64,000 bases of DNA from assembly GCA_964234715.1 (NCBI GenBank), contig OZ174286.1; one strand, given 5' to 3'. A model generated the notes under the pieces. That model made no database searches. It was not told the DNA's origin and was given only the letters and a program-made list of their open reading frames with translations. The position numbers and the translations under genes were made by a program. Below, in pieces: positions 50,071 to 64,000 of the stretch (position 1 is its first letter; each line of letters starts with the position of its first letter). The DNA comes from Podarcis melisellensis (taxonomy: Eukaryota).

Positions 50071-53000
50071 GGGAGATTCTAAGGAAGAGCCATAGCTCAA
50101 TGGTGCAGCATCTGCCTATCATGCAGAAGGCCCCAGGTGCAATGCCTAGCATCCCCAGTTAGGGCTGAGAGAGACTCTGGAGAGGTTGTGCCAATCACTT
50201 GAGGCATTACTGAGTGAGATGGACCAATAGTGTGACTCAGCCTCAGGCAGCTTCCTATGTCTGCTGAACCTGAGATGTTCTTCATGCAGTACATGCGCTC
50301 CACCAGTGGACCAAGGCCATTTCTCTCCATAAGTATGGGGGATCCTATGGCTCCTGAGCCTTTTGCAAGTGTGGAGTAGTGGTTAGAGCGCTGGACCATT
50401 CCCCACTTGGCAATGAACCTTATTGGGTGATGAACCTACCTCACAGTTTTGTTGGGAGGATAATATGGGGAGGGGGAGAGTCATGGGTGCCACCTTGAAC
50501 TCTGTGGAGTAAAGGTGGGGTACAAATGCAATAATAAATAAATAAAATAAAAATAAGTTAAGACGTTCAGAAGGACTCTACGGCAATCATGGTCAAGCCA
50601 AGACATTTTGGCAGCACAAAATGGCACCTCCCGCTCCCCACCAAGGAAGAAGGGATGAGTGAAGATCTACACCAGGAATAAGGGAGGGATAAGTATCAAT
50701 ATTGGGACACCCTGCATCCATCCACCTGAGGCGGTCACCTCACCTTGCTTCATGAATGGGCCAGCACTGATGGCAAGCCATTAAGTTACAATGCTACAGC
50801 AAAAGCAAACATGTAGAGGCAATCCTTCTGTGGATTACAATGGCTTATTTTCCCATATTCATCTATATATTACTAACATCATTTTTAGCACACACCCCAT
50901 CTGGGTAACTCAAGCCAAACTGTTTTTATGCCAAATTGCCATCGGACCCACCCTGAAATTAAGAAAACATCTGAATATGTTTTAATGTAATGGTTGCCAT
51001 AAATGAGATAGCAGTTCACCCATGTTCTGACAATAATAAAGTTGATGTTTGACACAGAACAGAATCAAAAGTGGGAATGTCATGTCAAGACCCTGAACAG
51101 GCTCCGGTATCTTTACGATCATGTTTTTGTACACACATGGCAATAAATCCCATTCAAATCCATAGATAAAACTGGTTCAATATGCAGAAGCTCAGGATGC
51201 AAGAACTGCAGGGAAGGAAGAATTTCACTAGTATAACATAGAGGAGCAGCCACCCTCTCTGGGCCTGAAATCGGCAACTCTAAAGGGGGAAAGAACCATA
51301 ATTTATTCCATTGCTGTTTGTTACACATTATCTTAATAAACCAAACCAGTGAAAGATGGCTGCATGACCACCAGTCAGTCCAGTAGATAAACAACAGACT
51401 TCTGATCAGCAACTGCAATGTTGTCTTTTCCAGCAGGCTGTCTAGCATTCTTCTCCTATCAGGGAAACTAAGAAAACAGAGCCTTTGCCAGATAGACGCA
51501 AAAGATTACACAACAACAGTGTAGTGAGGTTAGGCAACTGCCAGTTTTACTAGGGAGATAAGCAGCAAGGCTGAGATATTTATAGGAGCTTAGACATTTA
51601 TATTGCCTTTTGAAAGAAATGTAATGATCCAAACCGTAAAGAGCACGAACATCATCAGTTTATTGCCTTTTTAGTTTAATGGGAGTTTGCAGCATAAATA
51701 CATGTCAATAAAACACTTCTGTGGGAATGAGATGAGCAATAATCTCTCTGGGACAGGGACTGCCTCTTGACATACATCTGTTTTTGGAATGGGCGATGCA
51801 TATCACAGTAAGATAAACCAACATTGCTATTCAGTATCACAAGACAGTGTGGTGTAGTGGTTAAAGGAGAGACCCCGTTCTCTACTCAGCTGTGAAACTT
51901 GCTGAGTGACTTTGCAGCATTCACCATGTCTCTGCCTAATAACCTACCTGACAGGGTTGTTGTGGCAATAAAATGGAGGGTGGGGGAGGAGGATCAATGG
52001 GAAAATGTCATAAGTCAATAATGTCTATTTGGCACTTAATGACAGAATCCAGCAAATTCTATTGACAGCATTAGCGGAAGGAACCATGTGTAGCCCTGGC
52101 AAGTGGCAAAAGCTGCTTGAAACCACCAACTGTGACCAATACGGCAATTGATATATGAATATTTCACTTCCTTTGTGGTGAAGCCAGACCACAAATATTC
52201 TTTTGTGTGTCTCATAACATTGGTTTCTGCTTATCGCGACCTGACTGCTGGAGCTCCAGTCTGGGGGGGATAAAAACAACTTCTGAGTCAGTTGTGAAAC
52301 TCTAGCAGCTCTTCATAGTTCAAGGGGGTCTCAGTGAAGGGAATTTTGAGGAATTCCCCCTCACCACTTGTCCCAAGTCTCTTTGGGCACCCTGAGCTCT
52401 GAACCTGGATCTCTTCACAACTGATAACATTGCGTGCACTAAAAATGGTGGAATCCCAGCACCACCACTCTTTACCCTCAAAACCCTCCTCAATAGTTTT
52501 TTCCATGAAGCCTTTGGCACGATTTTGACACCTCAGTTCAAGTCTAGCCCTGCAGAGTGATGCAGTTGTTGAGGGAATGGGAAGTGTCAGTGAGGTGCTG
52601 GAAGAAAGAGGTGGCCATTAAAGATGTCCCTTTGTGAGAGCAAACTCTTAAAGGAAGGTTTCTTGATATAGAGACTATCTTGGAATGTTGGAAATTGGAA
52701 ATCAATCAGAACTCGGGGAAGGCGGTCCATCTCTCTCCCCCTCAGCTAAGGGGTGGAGAAGGAGGCCTCTTTGTAGTGGGGAACTGGTCCACGGGGCGTC
52801 ACTCGAAAAACCTCCATCTTCCCTCAGCCAGCTCCCATCTGCCTCCCTTCTTAGCTACAGAGGATGGAAGTACCTGTCATCTTCCTTCTCCTTCTGCTTC
52901 TTAGTGTTGCCGTTGCAGAACTCAGTAGGGAGAGGATGGGGACAAAACCAGAACCAGGGCACTTCTGCTTGTGCTGTGCTTAGAAAGCACGGGGCTGAGT

Positions 53001-54439
53001 ATTTTTCCAGAGAAAACTCAGGTTGTCGTTTGCCCCAATTGAGTGCTAAAGAGTGGTTTTCCCCGGGGGGGAAGCAGCGAGACAAGAGCAAGCATGGCTG
53101 AGCTCTTAGTTGGCTCTGTATGTCACTGGTTCTGGCACTTGGTGGCCTTGGCTCCAACCACTGTGGGTATCTCTGCTTTCCACTCCACTAGTGGGTATCA
53201 GTCACCACAGCCAATGTGCTGATGAAAAAGTGGTGGTTTGAGAAAGAATAGCAGAAGCAGGGGAAGAGGGAAATGCACACTAAAGGCTGGGAGTCCTTAA
53301 GGGAGCATGTGTTACTTAGTACGGGCATGTAAGCTGCTGCTTGTCTCTACACCCAAACTGTACTTGTATGAAATGTAAATAAAATAGTATACAAACACCA
53401 TAAATCTCCAGTGACATCTTCTTCCAAGAAGCCAAACCCCTGGGACTTCTCATCATCTGGGAAATGGGCAGCAAATAACAATGTTTTGCTGTGGCATGAA
53501 GAACTCACCACAAGGTGGCTATTTAAGGCCACCGTCATGTGGCAAGTATTACATGTGTCACTGGCGTGTTTGCATGTGCATGCTGGAGCTTAACCTGGAC
53601 CAAGTTGCAAAATAAGCAATGATTATTTTTAACTTGCAGTTAACTTATTTCAGGTTCCCTTGCTCAGAAGTATAGTGTGAAGACAACAGGCTTGGTAGAA
53701 TGGCATGCCTGCAGCTGCTCATTGTGATTGAAAAGAGCAGAAAGACTATCAACTAGAACTCCAACCATCCTGACCATCACAACCTGCAGGTGATATTACC
53801 TGCTGGATGTGTTCAGTCACTCAGGACTGAATTTTTCACTTTTAGCTAATTCTGTTTGTCTTAGTGACCAAGCTGTAGGCAAAGGTTTTGTAAAGGACCT
53901 GTCTAGCAGGCATTCTTTTAAGATGTTAAGAAGAGGGACTTTCCCTGAAACATTTGGCTGCAGAAAGAATAGTATATTCACTATGCCAAATATCCCACAG
54001 CAGTAAATCTGAGCCACGTTCCTTGAAAATATCAGACTCTGATTTCCCCTTCCAAAGAAAACACTGGACTGGGAGATCTAAGAAATGGACAACAAACACA
54101 GGTTGGCCTTCAGCCATTTGAGGTGATGTTTTGGACCTCGTTACCCAGCCAACCCTTCATGAGTAAGTGTGAAAAAGTCAACACAGCATAAAGACACAGG
54201 CCAAATGATGATTGCCTAACTCCTACATGTAGCCACATTGCAATAAATGAGGCGCACCTTAAATTTTTATCACATATTTTTGTTTCCAGCTGACATCAAG
54301 TAAGGAAAACTTCCCCTGCCCCCATAATATGTGGGAAGGTTTTGTTCACTGTTCTGCACTGTGAGACATCAGTGCTGACCACAGCAAGAAAGGAAAGAAT
54401 CAATATATCATGTTTTTTGCGAAATATTTCAGAATGCAA

Positions 54440-54481
<42 letters not shown>
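54440..54481 (+). repeat. (GAT)n microsatellite
   Basis: About 14 units. Confidence 0.95.
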
Positions 54482-55971
54482 AGATTGATACCATAAGAAA
54501 AAGATGACAGCTCACCACTCATGATATATCCAGAAGTGAAGGTACACACTTCCCGGTTCTACTCAGAACTAGACATGTCAAACCAAGCTACTTTCCACCC
54601 AAAATTGATTGTGGTCGCGGTGAGAATACATAGTTCCTAGGCATGCAGTATCCTGGTTTCCTGACATCAGTGCAAGTGACTTGTGGGTCCTGTGGAAATT
54701 ATGTTTACCAGGGTTCCTCACAACAATCCTGTGAGATACATCAGGCTGAAAGAGTGTGACTGGTCTAAGGTCACCCAATGAGCTGCATGACTGAGTGTGG
54801 ATTTGAACCTGCCTCTCCCAAGTCTAAGTCTCTAACCACTACACTTCAACCACCACACCAAACTGCCTTTCTACCACAACTGTACGAGATCAACAAGAGC
54901 AGCCTTGGTGATATCAGGAAATTTCTCTTTTTGCTAAGTTCCAGCAATTTAAAAACCAATAAATTAAGTGAACGAACAATATGAAGATTAAAATTATGTG
55001 TTTATATTTCCCAACTATAAGCCTTGGAAATAAAATGAATACCTGCTGACAAAGACTCCATTATTATCATCATGAATTAACTCATCACACAATAACAGGG
55101 CAAGGAAAGGGCTTTCAGAGGAGATCCAAGTTTTCTGAGTAGCTGATCCTTCTGACATTTTGTTCTAAGTTAGGCAAGGTAATGGAAGAAGTGAAGAAAT
55201 ATCTGCAGATGCCTGCCATATCCAGCTTCCCCCTGAGATTGCAACTTGGCAAAACAACAACAACAACAACAACAACTCACTCATCTCAGGGACAAATCTG
55301 CTATTAGACATGAAAGATGCATTACTCTGAAGGCTGTACTTTGTGTGGTCCAGGGTGGAAATTAAATTCAAAACAGTGTTTCCCCACACTATATTCAGCC
55401 AGAGTGACTATAGACCAGTTAAAATGCATATGTATGTCACAATATCTCAGAACTCCACCCCGATGACTGAATGTACAGACCGACTCTATTGGAAAGTTTT
55501 GGATTTCATACAATATGAAAGTTCAGGGGTGTTAAGTCTGCAATTTTCACTCATAATGAAAATCACAACCTTATGGTGCTGTTCTCAAGGGATGTGGCCC
55601 TGTTCGGTGGTGCATCTCTTAGCTCATTCAGCAAAGATCTTCCCAAGCTTGGTACCTAAATGCCTTGTCCTTGCATCACCCCTTCTCTCCTCCCTTCTCT
55701 GTGTACCATGATTGAAAATATGCAGAGCTGATTAATCATAGTTTCCCATTATGTCTGAATGTCTAAAACCTGCCTTAGAATAAACTAGGATCTGAAACCA
55801 TGGTCTAAAGTAGGATTCAGATCATGGCTTGTTCCACTCCTGAAAACCATAGTAGGAAATTATGGTTAATTATCTATGGTTTTCAACTGTAGTACAACAA
55901 AGGGTAGCATGAAGGAGTATTGGGACACAATACTCATGCGTGTATGGGTTAATAAGCTTATATATGCATAT

Positions 55972-56285
55972 GGCCCCATCTGCACTATACATTTAAAGCA
56001 CTATGGTATCACTTTATGACAGTCACAGCTTCCCCCAAAGAATCCTGGGAACTGTAGTTTGTTAGCGCTGCAGAGAATTGTTAGGAGACATAGCATACAT
56101 AGCTACAATTCCCAGAGTCCCCTGGGAAGAGGGACTGCTTGTTAAACTACTCTAGGAATTATAGCTCTGTACAGGGAATGGGGCTCTTCTAACAAGTCTC
56201 AGCACCCATAACAGGATTCACTGGGGGGATGCCATTACCGTTTAAAGTGGAATAATGGTGCTTAAATATCCTCACTGGATGGTGT
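55972..56285. mobile_element. Uninterrupted copy of the palindromic (PIF/Harbinger-like) MITE family
   Basis: Starts GGCCCCATCTGCACTATACATTTAAAGCA; internal inverted symmetry (AGCTACAATTCCCAGAGT / ACTCTAGGAATTATAGCT). Confidence 0.6.
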
Positions 56286-57552
56286 TTTAGAGATCCATTC
56301 AAATCCCTCCAATATGTAACATTTTTCAACAATCAGTTAACACATTCCCCGGCCACTCATCAAGCTTTAAGTAATTTAAGCCACATCCTGATGTTCAACT
56401 GAAGTCATAGGAGGCAGCAGAATCATTTGTGTTGTCTTTGTTTCTGACCACACATTTCGATGAATGTCGACACAGAGCCCACCTGTGCAAGTGCACATGC
56501 ATAGGGTTTATCACATGTAGTTGGGAGTGCGTGAAGTAAAGCTCAACATTCATATAGTCTTATACAGAACTCTAATGGGAGATGGCCTGCAGGAACAGTG
56601 TGTGCAATGCCCCCTCAATGAATTCAGTTTAGTGTCCTCTTGAGACTGTTATGTAGAGAAATGAAGGTATGTACATGCAATTGTGAATTGCACCAATATG
56701 AAGTGGCTCCAAAGGAAAGAATCATTCCAGATGATGTACAAATCTGTCTGTGAAATGATGGCCCATTTCACAAATGCAACTCAATAATTTTTTTGTTTTT
56801 GTTTCAGAGCCAACCCAAGTGATTGAGACTGAGCTTCAGAATCCTCATTCTCAGATCACTAAATCACTAGCCCACATAGAGGTTGCCTAATTTCCAGCTG
56901 CGTTGTCATGTCTGGGCTGAAATATTCAGATTGCTGTAGATCAGGAGCACGCTTGTTTGTTTTCATAGTAAAGAACAAATGTAACATTAAATACCCTTGA
57001 CTGCTTCATTGAGCAGCCTTGCCTGCCTCGTGCTGTAAACAGAAGTAGTTCCTATTGTGACTGGTTCTTGATTGAACTAATGATGCATACAGAATCATAA
57101 TTCAGCAATGGGAATTAAATTATCAAACAGATTTTGGCTCTTGTCACTTATCATTACTTATTCGGGCAACAGCAAAAAAATAAATAATCGGTGTGCATGC
57201 ATGGATGTTTCTAATGAAATGTTCTTTGCACAGTTTACAGGTAGGTGGACAAACCGCAATGGGAGTAAATAAAGACTGAGAAGACAAGGAAGAGCTTTGT
57301 AACCCAATAGGAAGATGTGGAAGTACTGTATGCAAATGATAAATGTAAGCAAAGCTGCAGCTCTCAAAAGAGCAAGTCTTCAGTGAATTGTGGAAATTAT
57401 TTCTTCAAGCAGATCGCACCCGTAGAGCATGGCCTTTCATTACTTACACAATTTGTTACATGATCTGAATCACACATCAGCTATTCTCAACTTCGTTTGG
57501 GGTGGAGGAATCTATGATGTCCCTCTGCTTGAAATGCACAACATTATGAATA

Positions 57553-57791
57553 CAGTGGTACCTCGGGTTACATACGCTTCAGGTTACATACGCTTCAGGT
57601 TACAGACTCTGCTAACCCAGAAATAGTACCTCGAGTTAAGAACTTTGCTTCAGGATGAGAACAGAAATCGTGCTCCGGCGGCGCGGCAGCAGGAGGCCCC
57701 ATTAGCTAAAATGGTGCTTCAGGTTAAGAACAGTTTCAGGTTAAGAACGGACCTCCAGAACGAATTAAGTACTTAACCCGAGGTACCACTG
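57553..57791 (+). mobile_element. Tigger/pogo-like MITE, copy 4
   Basis: CAGTGGTACCTCGGGTTA ... TAACCCGAGGTACCACTG with TA TSD. Confidence 0.9.
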
Positions 57792-59586
57792 TACCTCTTT
57801 TCTCATGATATGTTTTATGGCGGGAAGTGCTTCAATAGTAAAACTGGGGGTTATTTAATTGCACTGCAACTTGTTCCGAGAACAAAGCACTGTAGGCCTA
57901 GAAAGGGGATTCCCAAAGAATGAGTCAGGATCTACCAACAGGACTTAGAGTACTATGGATAGTTCAGAATCAGACTGCTGGCAAAGGATATTTGGGGCTA
58001 ATGGGATTAAAAGTAATTCATACCAAACAGACCCCCCCTTAGGATTGGTACTAACAAAATGCATGGCATTATCCAGCATGCCAAGAATTGTAGAATATGC
58101 ATTGGATAGCAAAATGCCTCCAAATAAGAGATTATCTTCTCAGAAATTGAAGGATTTATTGCAGCAACCAGAGAGATCGTGGGGAAAAAACACTAAACAT
58201 ATTGACATAATCTGATCAAAGCAGTAAAAACAATACAATAGGATTAGCACCACGTTCTCTGTATGATTGCTGTGTGTGGCTTTTAGATGTTGAGTTTGTG
58301 TAAGGCACAAGCATGGAGATGGGGTCCCAGGCACACTTTACTTGGGGTCTGATCCTGGCTAAAAGCCCAATTACCATGATTAATGGTTAAATTAATGGTT
58401 AAACTGAAACTCATGCTTATGGGTGTTGATGCAAATATATTTACGTTTTTCTATGTATCTATATGTGGCACCCCAATCTTGCAAGCACTGCTGGAGCCAA
58501 TCAGGTTCTAACAGAACAAACAACATTCTGCATTGAGTATTTCTGGACCAGACTTCCACTGCATATTTTGTGACTTTCTGCTAGGGTTCTCTCATCAAAT
58601 AGTATTTGCCCCAAACTTGGATCTTGGCATCCAGGTATTCTCCTTTCTCTCTATATATATTTACACCAACACTTGGACACTGCAGGTCCAACATTTTCAA
58701 AACCAATGCTGAAGAGCATCAAGCTAAGCATATTATTGGTCATGGAAGCCAACAGGGAATGAAATGAAAACCAACATGTTTACAGAATGTGGAAACCAAA
58801 AGAGGACGCTGAAATAATACCAAAGCACTATATGTTCTCTGGCTATGATAACTAAAGCCATTTCGCTCACATGGCAAAGCTAATCCCATTTGTTTTGTGT
58901 GTTAAATTAAAAACAGGTAACAGAGCTCAGAATGGCTGCCCAGTTGCTGGAACTATAGGACAGATGTTTTGATGCGTTAAGGAAAACTGTAAAGAGTTCA
59001 GAAATCATTTTGAATCTGAATAAGTCCCCCTTCTCCCCTGTTAATGGAAAGATAAATACTGTATCTTTGGCTGAGATAAACCTTAGCTTTTCAGATGGTG
59101 TACAGTCAAACTGCAGCAAAGAACAATGTGTTCACAAAATGGAGCCCAGTTCCTATTATTACTGAATCCACACAGCTCGTAACAGATGCAGAGAGCTTGA
59201 TTTAAAACTGTGATCTGAGGGCATTTGTTTGTTTATTTAAAACTGCAGCCCACCTGATCATCCGCAAAGCTCACAGCAAATGATAGCTTCGGCTTAAAAT
59301 AGGCATTTATAAAATATCCCAGAAAGAAATAAAGCCAGAATGAAACAGATATGCAGATATGAGATGCAAAAACCCTTCTGTCATAATATTAAACTCCAGA
59401 GGGAAGGCCCTACAGCCCTAGCAAAATATTATTAGGCTTTAGCTTTTGTCAGGCTGCAATGAAAGCAAGCTCTACTGTTATTGGACAATCACAGATAAGA
59501 CAATAGCCTTCTTCTGTTATTCAGTAACTTGGGCACTGAATGTGTAAATAGGGTTATGTGCCAGCTAGCCACACCCCTTAGACACA

Positions 59587-59587
<1 letters not shown>

Positions 59588-59624
<37 letters not shown>
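59588..59624 (+). repeat. (CA)n microsatellite
   Basis: About 18 units. Confidence 0.95.
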
Positions 59625-59627
<3 letters not shown>

Positions 59628-61817
59628 ATGAGTAGTTGGGTTATAATCAGCCTGCAAGTGTACCTTTGCATGTCATATAGTGCTTCCCCTATGGGGCCAA
59701 ACCCCCATGAGCTCTTGGAGTGATACTGAACATTAGGTACTGCTCTTGCGTACCTAAATGGTCTTAAACTCTGAAGTGAAAAGGCTCACTGTACACTTCG
59801 TATACTAAAGAAGTTGGCTTAGGAGTCACCATGTCTTCCTCAAAGGTAAACATGCTTTTCCTCAATTACGGTAAAAGAACATTTTTCAGCTGAGAGTGAC
59901 ATCCTGCACTACTCCCACATCACATAAATATAACACGAGAAAGAGCCCTGAGCATTCAGCAATTTCTAGAAATAAGGCATCTTCACAGTATATATGTCAG
60001 TAGGCAGTATTAATAGAGTTTCAACCACTTACATATTCTCTTGAATAAGAGAGGGTGAAACTTCAGCATGGAAACAAACTCCATGCATACAGCACAAATC
60101 TAGAGACCGCCATCTGAATATCACTCCAATGCTGCTTAGGATTTCTCGTGCACATAGCATGCTTAATTTGTGAATTGCACATTTTATTTTCACCACAATG
60201 ATCCTGCTCTGAGCTAGGCCACTATAATTCTCATTTGACAGAAGGGAAGGTGAGTTTGACAGAAAGACTGACTTTCCTGTAGCCACATAGTAAATCCATG
60301 GAGTTTTCCCAAGTCCATTTTGGCCATTATTCTTCAAAGCTGTTTGTCTTTGATGAGTAACTATGCTTCTCTCTTAAAACAATGGGAATAAGGAGCTCTT
60401 TTCACATTAAAATTTGCCTACACATCACTATTTATCCATAATGTAGGGAATGACACAAAGATATATACATACGTGCCCTTCCTATATTGTAAGATTGCTT
60501 TTCCCCAGACATACTTTACCACGTTGATCTCTGGAACTAGCACTGTTACTGGCAGTGGATTCCTCTTCAAATCCTCATTCAGCTACAGATCATACTGAGT
60601 GACCTTGGGTCAGATGCTATCGCCCAACCTAACTTACCTCACAAGGTTGTTGTGAGAACAGCATGAGGGGGATGGAAAGCTATGTAGGCTTCTTTGAACT
60701 CATTGAAGGTAAGGTGGGATACAAATGTAGTAAGCACTGAATAAATAAAGGAAGAAGGAAATCCCTACCTACAGCTGGTGTGAAGGTCCCTTGTGAATCT
60801 AAAGTTCAATCCCTAAGTCTTTCTAGTCTCTTTTTAGAAAACTCCCAGAGAAGAATATTCCAGAACTTCCTGTGACGTGTAACCCAAAAACTTGACCTGA
60901 ATCACTCAAGTCAATGGACATTTTTCATTACCCATGGCAAATTAATGAAAAGCAAATTAGTAAAATGCAAATGAGTAAAATGATGCATGGTGAATTATTC
61001 AAATTATCCGCCCTAATCTGTATTCAGAATATGAGCGTACAAATTCAAATCCTTGTCATAGGACCCATATTGGATTTGATTCACGAATTTTAAAAGCCAT
61101 ATTTATTCAGCCTGATTCACAGATGATGTTGTTTGTCATTTACAACCGCCCCTCCTATAATAAGGCATATTCATAAACGAAGAGCCAGAAGTGCTAAATG
61201 AATTTTGAACACATGTAAGCAACAGATATGGAAAGCAGAGGATCTGCTTGCTTTTTTTTTTTGTCCTGTCCAAAGTGCTTATAGTAGGATGAGCTACATT
61301 GCCAAGGAAGCTGGTCAAACAATGCCCAGTCCTGGCCTTCCTGGAACAGGCAGATTTCTGTGTGTTTATCAAGCTGCATGAATTAATGGCCCCTGTCCAT
61401 CATATACTGAACAAAGCTCTGAAGGTAATATGCCACGAGTGCTTTCTGTCAGCTATCCTTGGAGAAAGACCTGAAGCCATTTCTCTTAGATGCACAGCCA
61501 GTGACTCAGGGATGATCTCTGTCAAATGCCAAATGGTGGCACTTGGCCGAGAGTGGAAAGGGTGGCCTCTTGCATTCCTTCGTTCTAGAAAAAGAGGGAA
61601 TTTCAGCAGGTGCAGCTTGCATGACAATTCCGTCTTCGACACAACTCTTACATGTGCAGGAGTACATGTAAGAAATTTTGCAAGTCACCATTCTAAGAGT
61701 GGAATTTCTGTTACCTGCAGAAGTGATGGAGAGAGAAAATTGATGGCTCATCTAGTAACTTTTGCAACTTTGAGGCTGGGCTACTGTAATCTACTTTTAT
61801 GTGAGGCTGCCCTTAAT

Positions 61818-62763
61818 CAGAGCCGTCTTAAGCATATACGGCACTGGGGTGCAAAGATCCGCCCGGCGCCCCTAGGTTGCCCAGAGTTGTCAACCTTTTA
61901 TTATTTTTTTAGGAAATAGTTGCAGGATGCAGGAACTCACAGCGCCAACCAACAGGGGTGTCAGTGCCCCACGCACAGAGGCATGTGAAGGTGGGTGTGG
62001 GTTCCATGCTGGGGGGGAGATGTCGGGCGGCACAGTCACCACACTGTCCACCTGCTGTCTCCCCCCCCCCAGCTGCATGGCGTCTAACTGTTTCGGCTGC
62101 ACTCACAGCGCCCTAAGTGCCGTGTGAGCGCTGTGCAACACATCCTGTTGCATGCACCGAGCTGCTGGTTCCGGGAATGTGGGGTGCCAGCACAGAGCGA
62201 TGGGGAATGCAAGTGACAGCAGAGGAAAGTTCTCAGGAGGTGATCCACACGCTTCTATTCATCGGGTTTTGTTGCTGCCGTTGGTGCTGTGGGCGTGTGG
62301 TGGATCCCACCCGGAGATGTTTCCATTGCTGCCACTTGCATTCCCCAGTGTTCTGCACTGGCACCCCAGGTTGGGTGGCACTAGGAGTATGCGCCGACAG
62401 CAGAAAAGCCAGCAAAGGAACCCACAGCTCGGCGCATGCAACAGGATGCGTTGCACAGCCCCCACAATGTTACACAGTGTTCTGGGCACGGTGCATGCAG
62501 CCAAAACAGTTAGCCACCATGCAGCTGGGGCAAGAGCTGACAGCCAAGCGGAGCAGAGTGGTGGCTCGGCGCGAGTTCGGGGGGCGAGCGTTGGAGTCCG
62601 GGGAAGAGCCACCCGCAGCACTCTGATGGGCTCTGCTCCACTCACTTGTCGGCAGCTCTTCCCCAGACTGCAACGCTCAGCCCCGGACTCTTGGCCTGGC
62701 ACTCCTGAGAGCTGGATGCCCGGGTTCCATGAACTCCTAGCACCAACAGTTAAGACGGCCCTG
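61818..62763. mobile_element. hAT non-autonomous element (946 bp, Tip100-like termini) inserted into a decayed L2
   Basis: 14-bp TIR CAGAGCCGTCTTAA / TTAAGACGGCCCTG (1 mismatch); perfect 8-bp TSD CCCTTAAT (61810-61817, 62764-62771); the left flank reads LGYCNLL.EAAL (L2 relic). Confidence 0.88.
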
Positions 62764-64000
62764 CCCTTAATAGTTCAGGAGCTTCTAAAGGTGCAAGTTG
62801 CTCCAGAGAGGGAAGGAGGAAGTATTCAGCACAAGGACAAGAGAGATAGAAGCCCTCAAAGGTGCAGTACATTTAGGCCCAGTGCATTTCACATTGTAAA
62901 CACTTCAGGGTCAACAGGCTTAGTCTCTTCAGGGAGGCTAAAAGAATTTTGTATACTATCTGATAGAGCTTGAGTCAATAGCTTTAAGGCTGGAACCTGG
63001 GAACTTAACAGCAAGACCAAGGTGCCTTACTTCCCAGGTGCCTTACTTACCACCAGGACAGTTTGTAAGTAGAAAAAGAGAATGGTCCAATGAAGCTTGA
63101 TGATGTTGACCCAGTGTGCAACTGAGTTGTGAATGGATGATATGTCACAATAAATAAAGTATGACTGCAACGAATCATTAGGGGAAAAACACCAGAGTTC
63201 TAGTCACCTTTTTATAGGCACATCTTTATATCACTTTTGGATTGCAAAGGGATGTTCTGATGGAAATTGGCACTCACTTTAAGAACATTAACCATAGCCA
63301 TAAATTAGTCTTAATGAATGTAGGAGTTCATTTTATTTTATTACAATGGACTGTGTTGCCAAGCATGAAATTTCAATGGTGAAAAGAAAGAAAGTCAAGG
63401 AAAATATAAGTAAGCCATTTGCAGCAGACTTAACCTAAACTTACAATAAGACTAAAACCTTAACACTTAAGCATACTATGTACAGAACACCACACCAGAA
63501 GGAAAGAGAGATAGAAAATTGAAACTCAGGCTCCTTCTGGCCTATTATTATAGTCAGCATGACCTTGAGTGAAAGAGATAACAGAACCTTCAGCTTCTCT
63601 GAAGGAATGATCCAAACATCAGGAACCTTCTGCCTGTTTTCTAGGCAGAACAGAAACTTGCTTGTCGGCTAGAAACTTCCAGCTTGCACTAGTTTGTACC
63701 ACACAGAGAAGCTTCCAGAACCTTCCTGAATCAATTAGAATAGGAAAAATCTTTACACATCAGATCAATATTTTCTGTACCAACACTCCTCCCATTTTGT
63801 AGGTGCAGGAAGCACTGATATGCAAAACACCTATAGAAAAACATTGCATACACACCTTCCTTCTATAAGAATGAATTTCCTTCTCATCTCCTGCTCTGGT
63901 ACACAAATGGAGGAATAGCAAATGTCACCATGACAAGCAACTTTCTCTGTTGCAAAATATATTTCCAAATCACTCCTATTACAAACAAGTATCTGTGCAA

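Noticed and set aside
50082-50160. tRNA-like sequences here and at about 5880-5950 and 31140-31210
   Set aside because: Decayed SINE heads continuing into SINE bodies; no intact cloverleaf.
52685-53157. 138-aa (+) and 100-aa (-) ORFs in unique sequence
   Set aside because: No recognisable motifs or convincing splice boundaries.
56807-59110. Isolated acceptor-led frames (EPTQVIETELQNPH.. on + at about 56808; FDCTPSEKL.. on - at 59110)
   Set aside because: No partner exons or homology recognisable.
61299-62973. 206-aa, 169-aa and 273-aa ORFs
   Set aside because: They run across L2-relic and hAT boundaries and GC-rich inverted repeats, and contain no transposase motifs.

Overview
Eukaryotic (vertebrate) genomic DNA, very probably from a squamate lizard: it carries a Sauria-type SINE, young L2 and L1 LINEs, many hAT and Tc1/mariner MITEs, and MIR-like SINEs. 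No prokaryotic genes, rRNA, CRISPR or operons are present. The dominant feature is a full-length, apparently intact LINE-1 at 12489-18623. It has a ~1 kb CpG-rich 5' UTR, an open ORF1 (353 aa), an open ORF2 (1246 aa; APE endonuclease, RT, CCHC), AATAAA with a short A tail, and a perfect 18-bp target-site duplication. It lies in the sense orientation inside an intron of a candidate + strand host gene that I cannot name; phase-compatible exon candidates are at about 4954-5010, 10420/10584-10609, 21424-21637 and 42811-42936. The rest is intron-like DNA dense with transposon relics: a five-insertion nested transposon cluster (2300-4319), four copies of one Tigger/pogo-like MITE, six hAT-like elements with 8-bp TSDs, two solo LTRs, an element that may be DIRS/Ngaro-like, split ancient CR1 RT fragments, and many microsatellites. 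Most short ORFs in the supplied track are chance ORFs. Family names come from motif recognition only; no database search was run.
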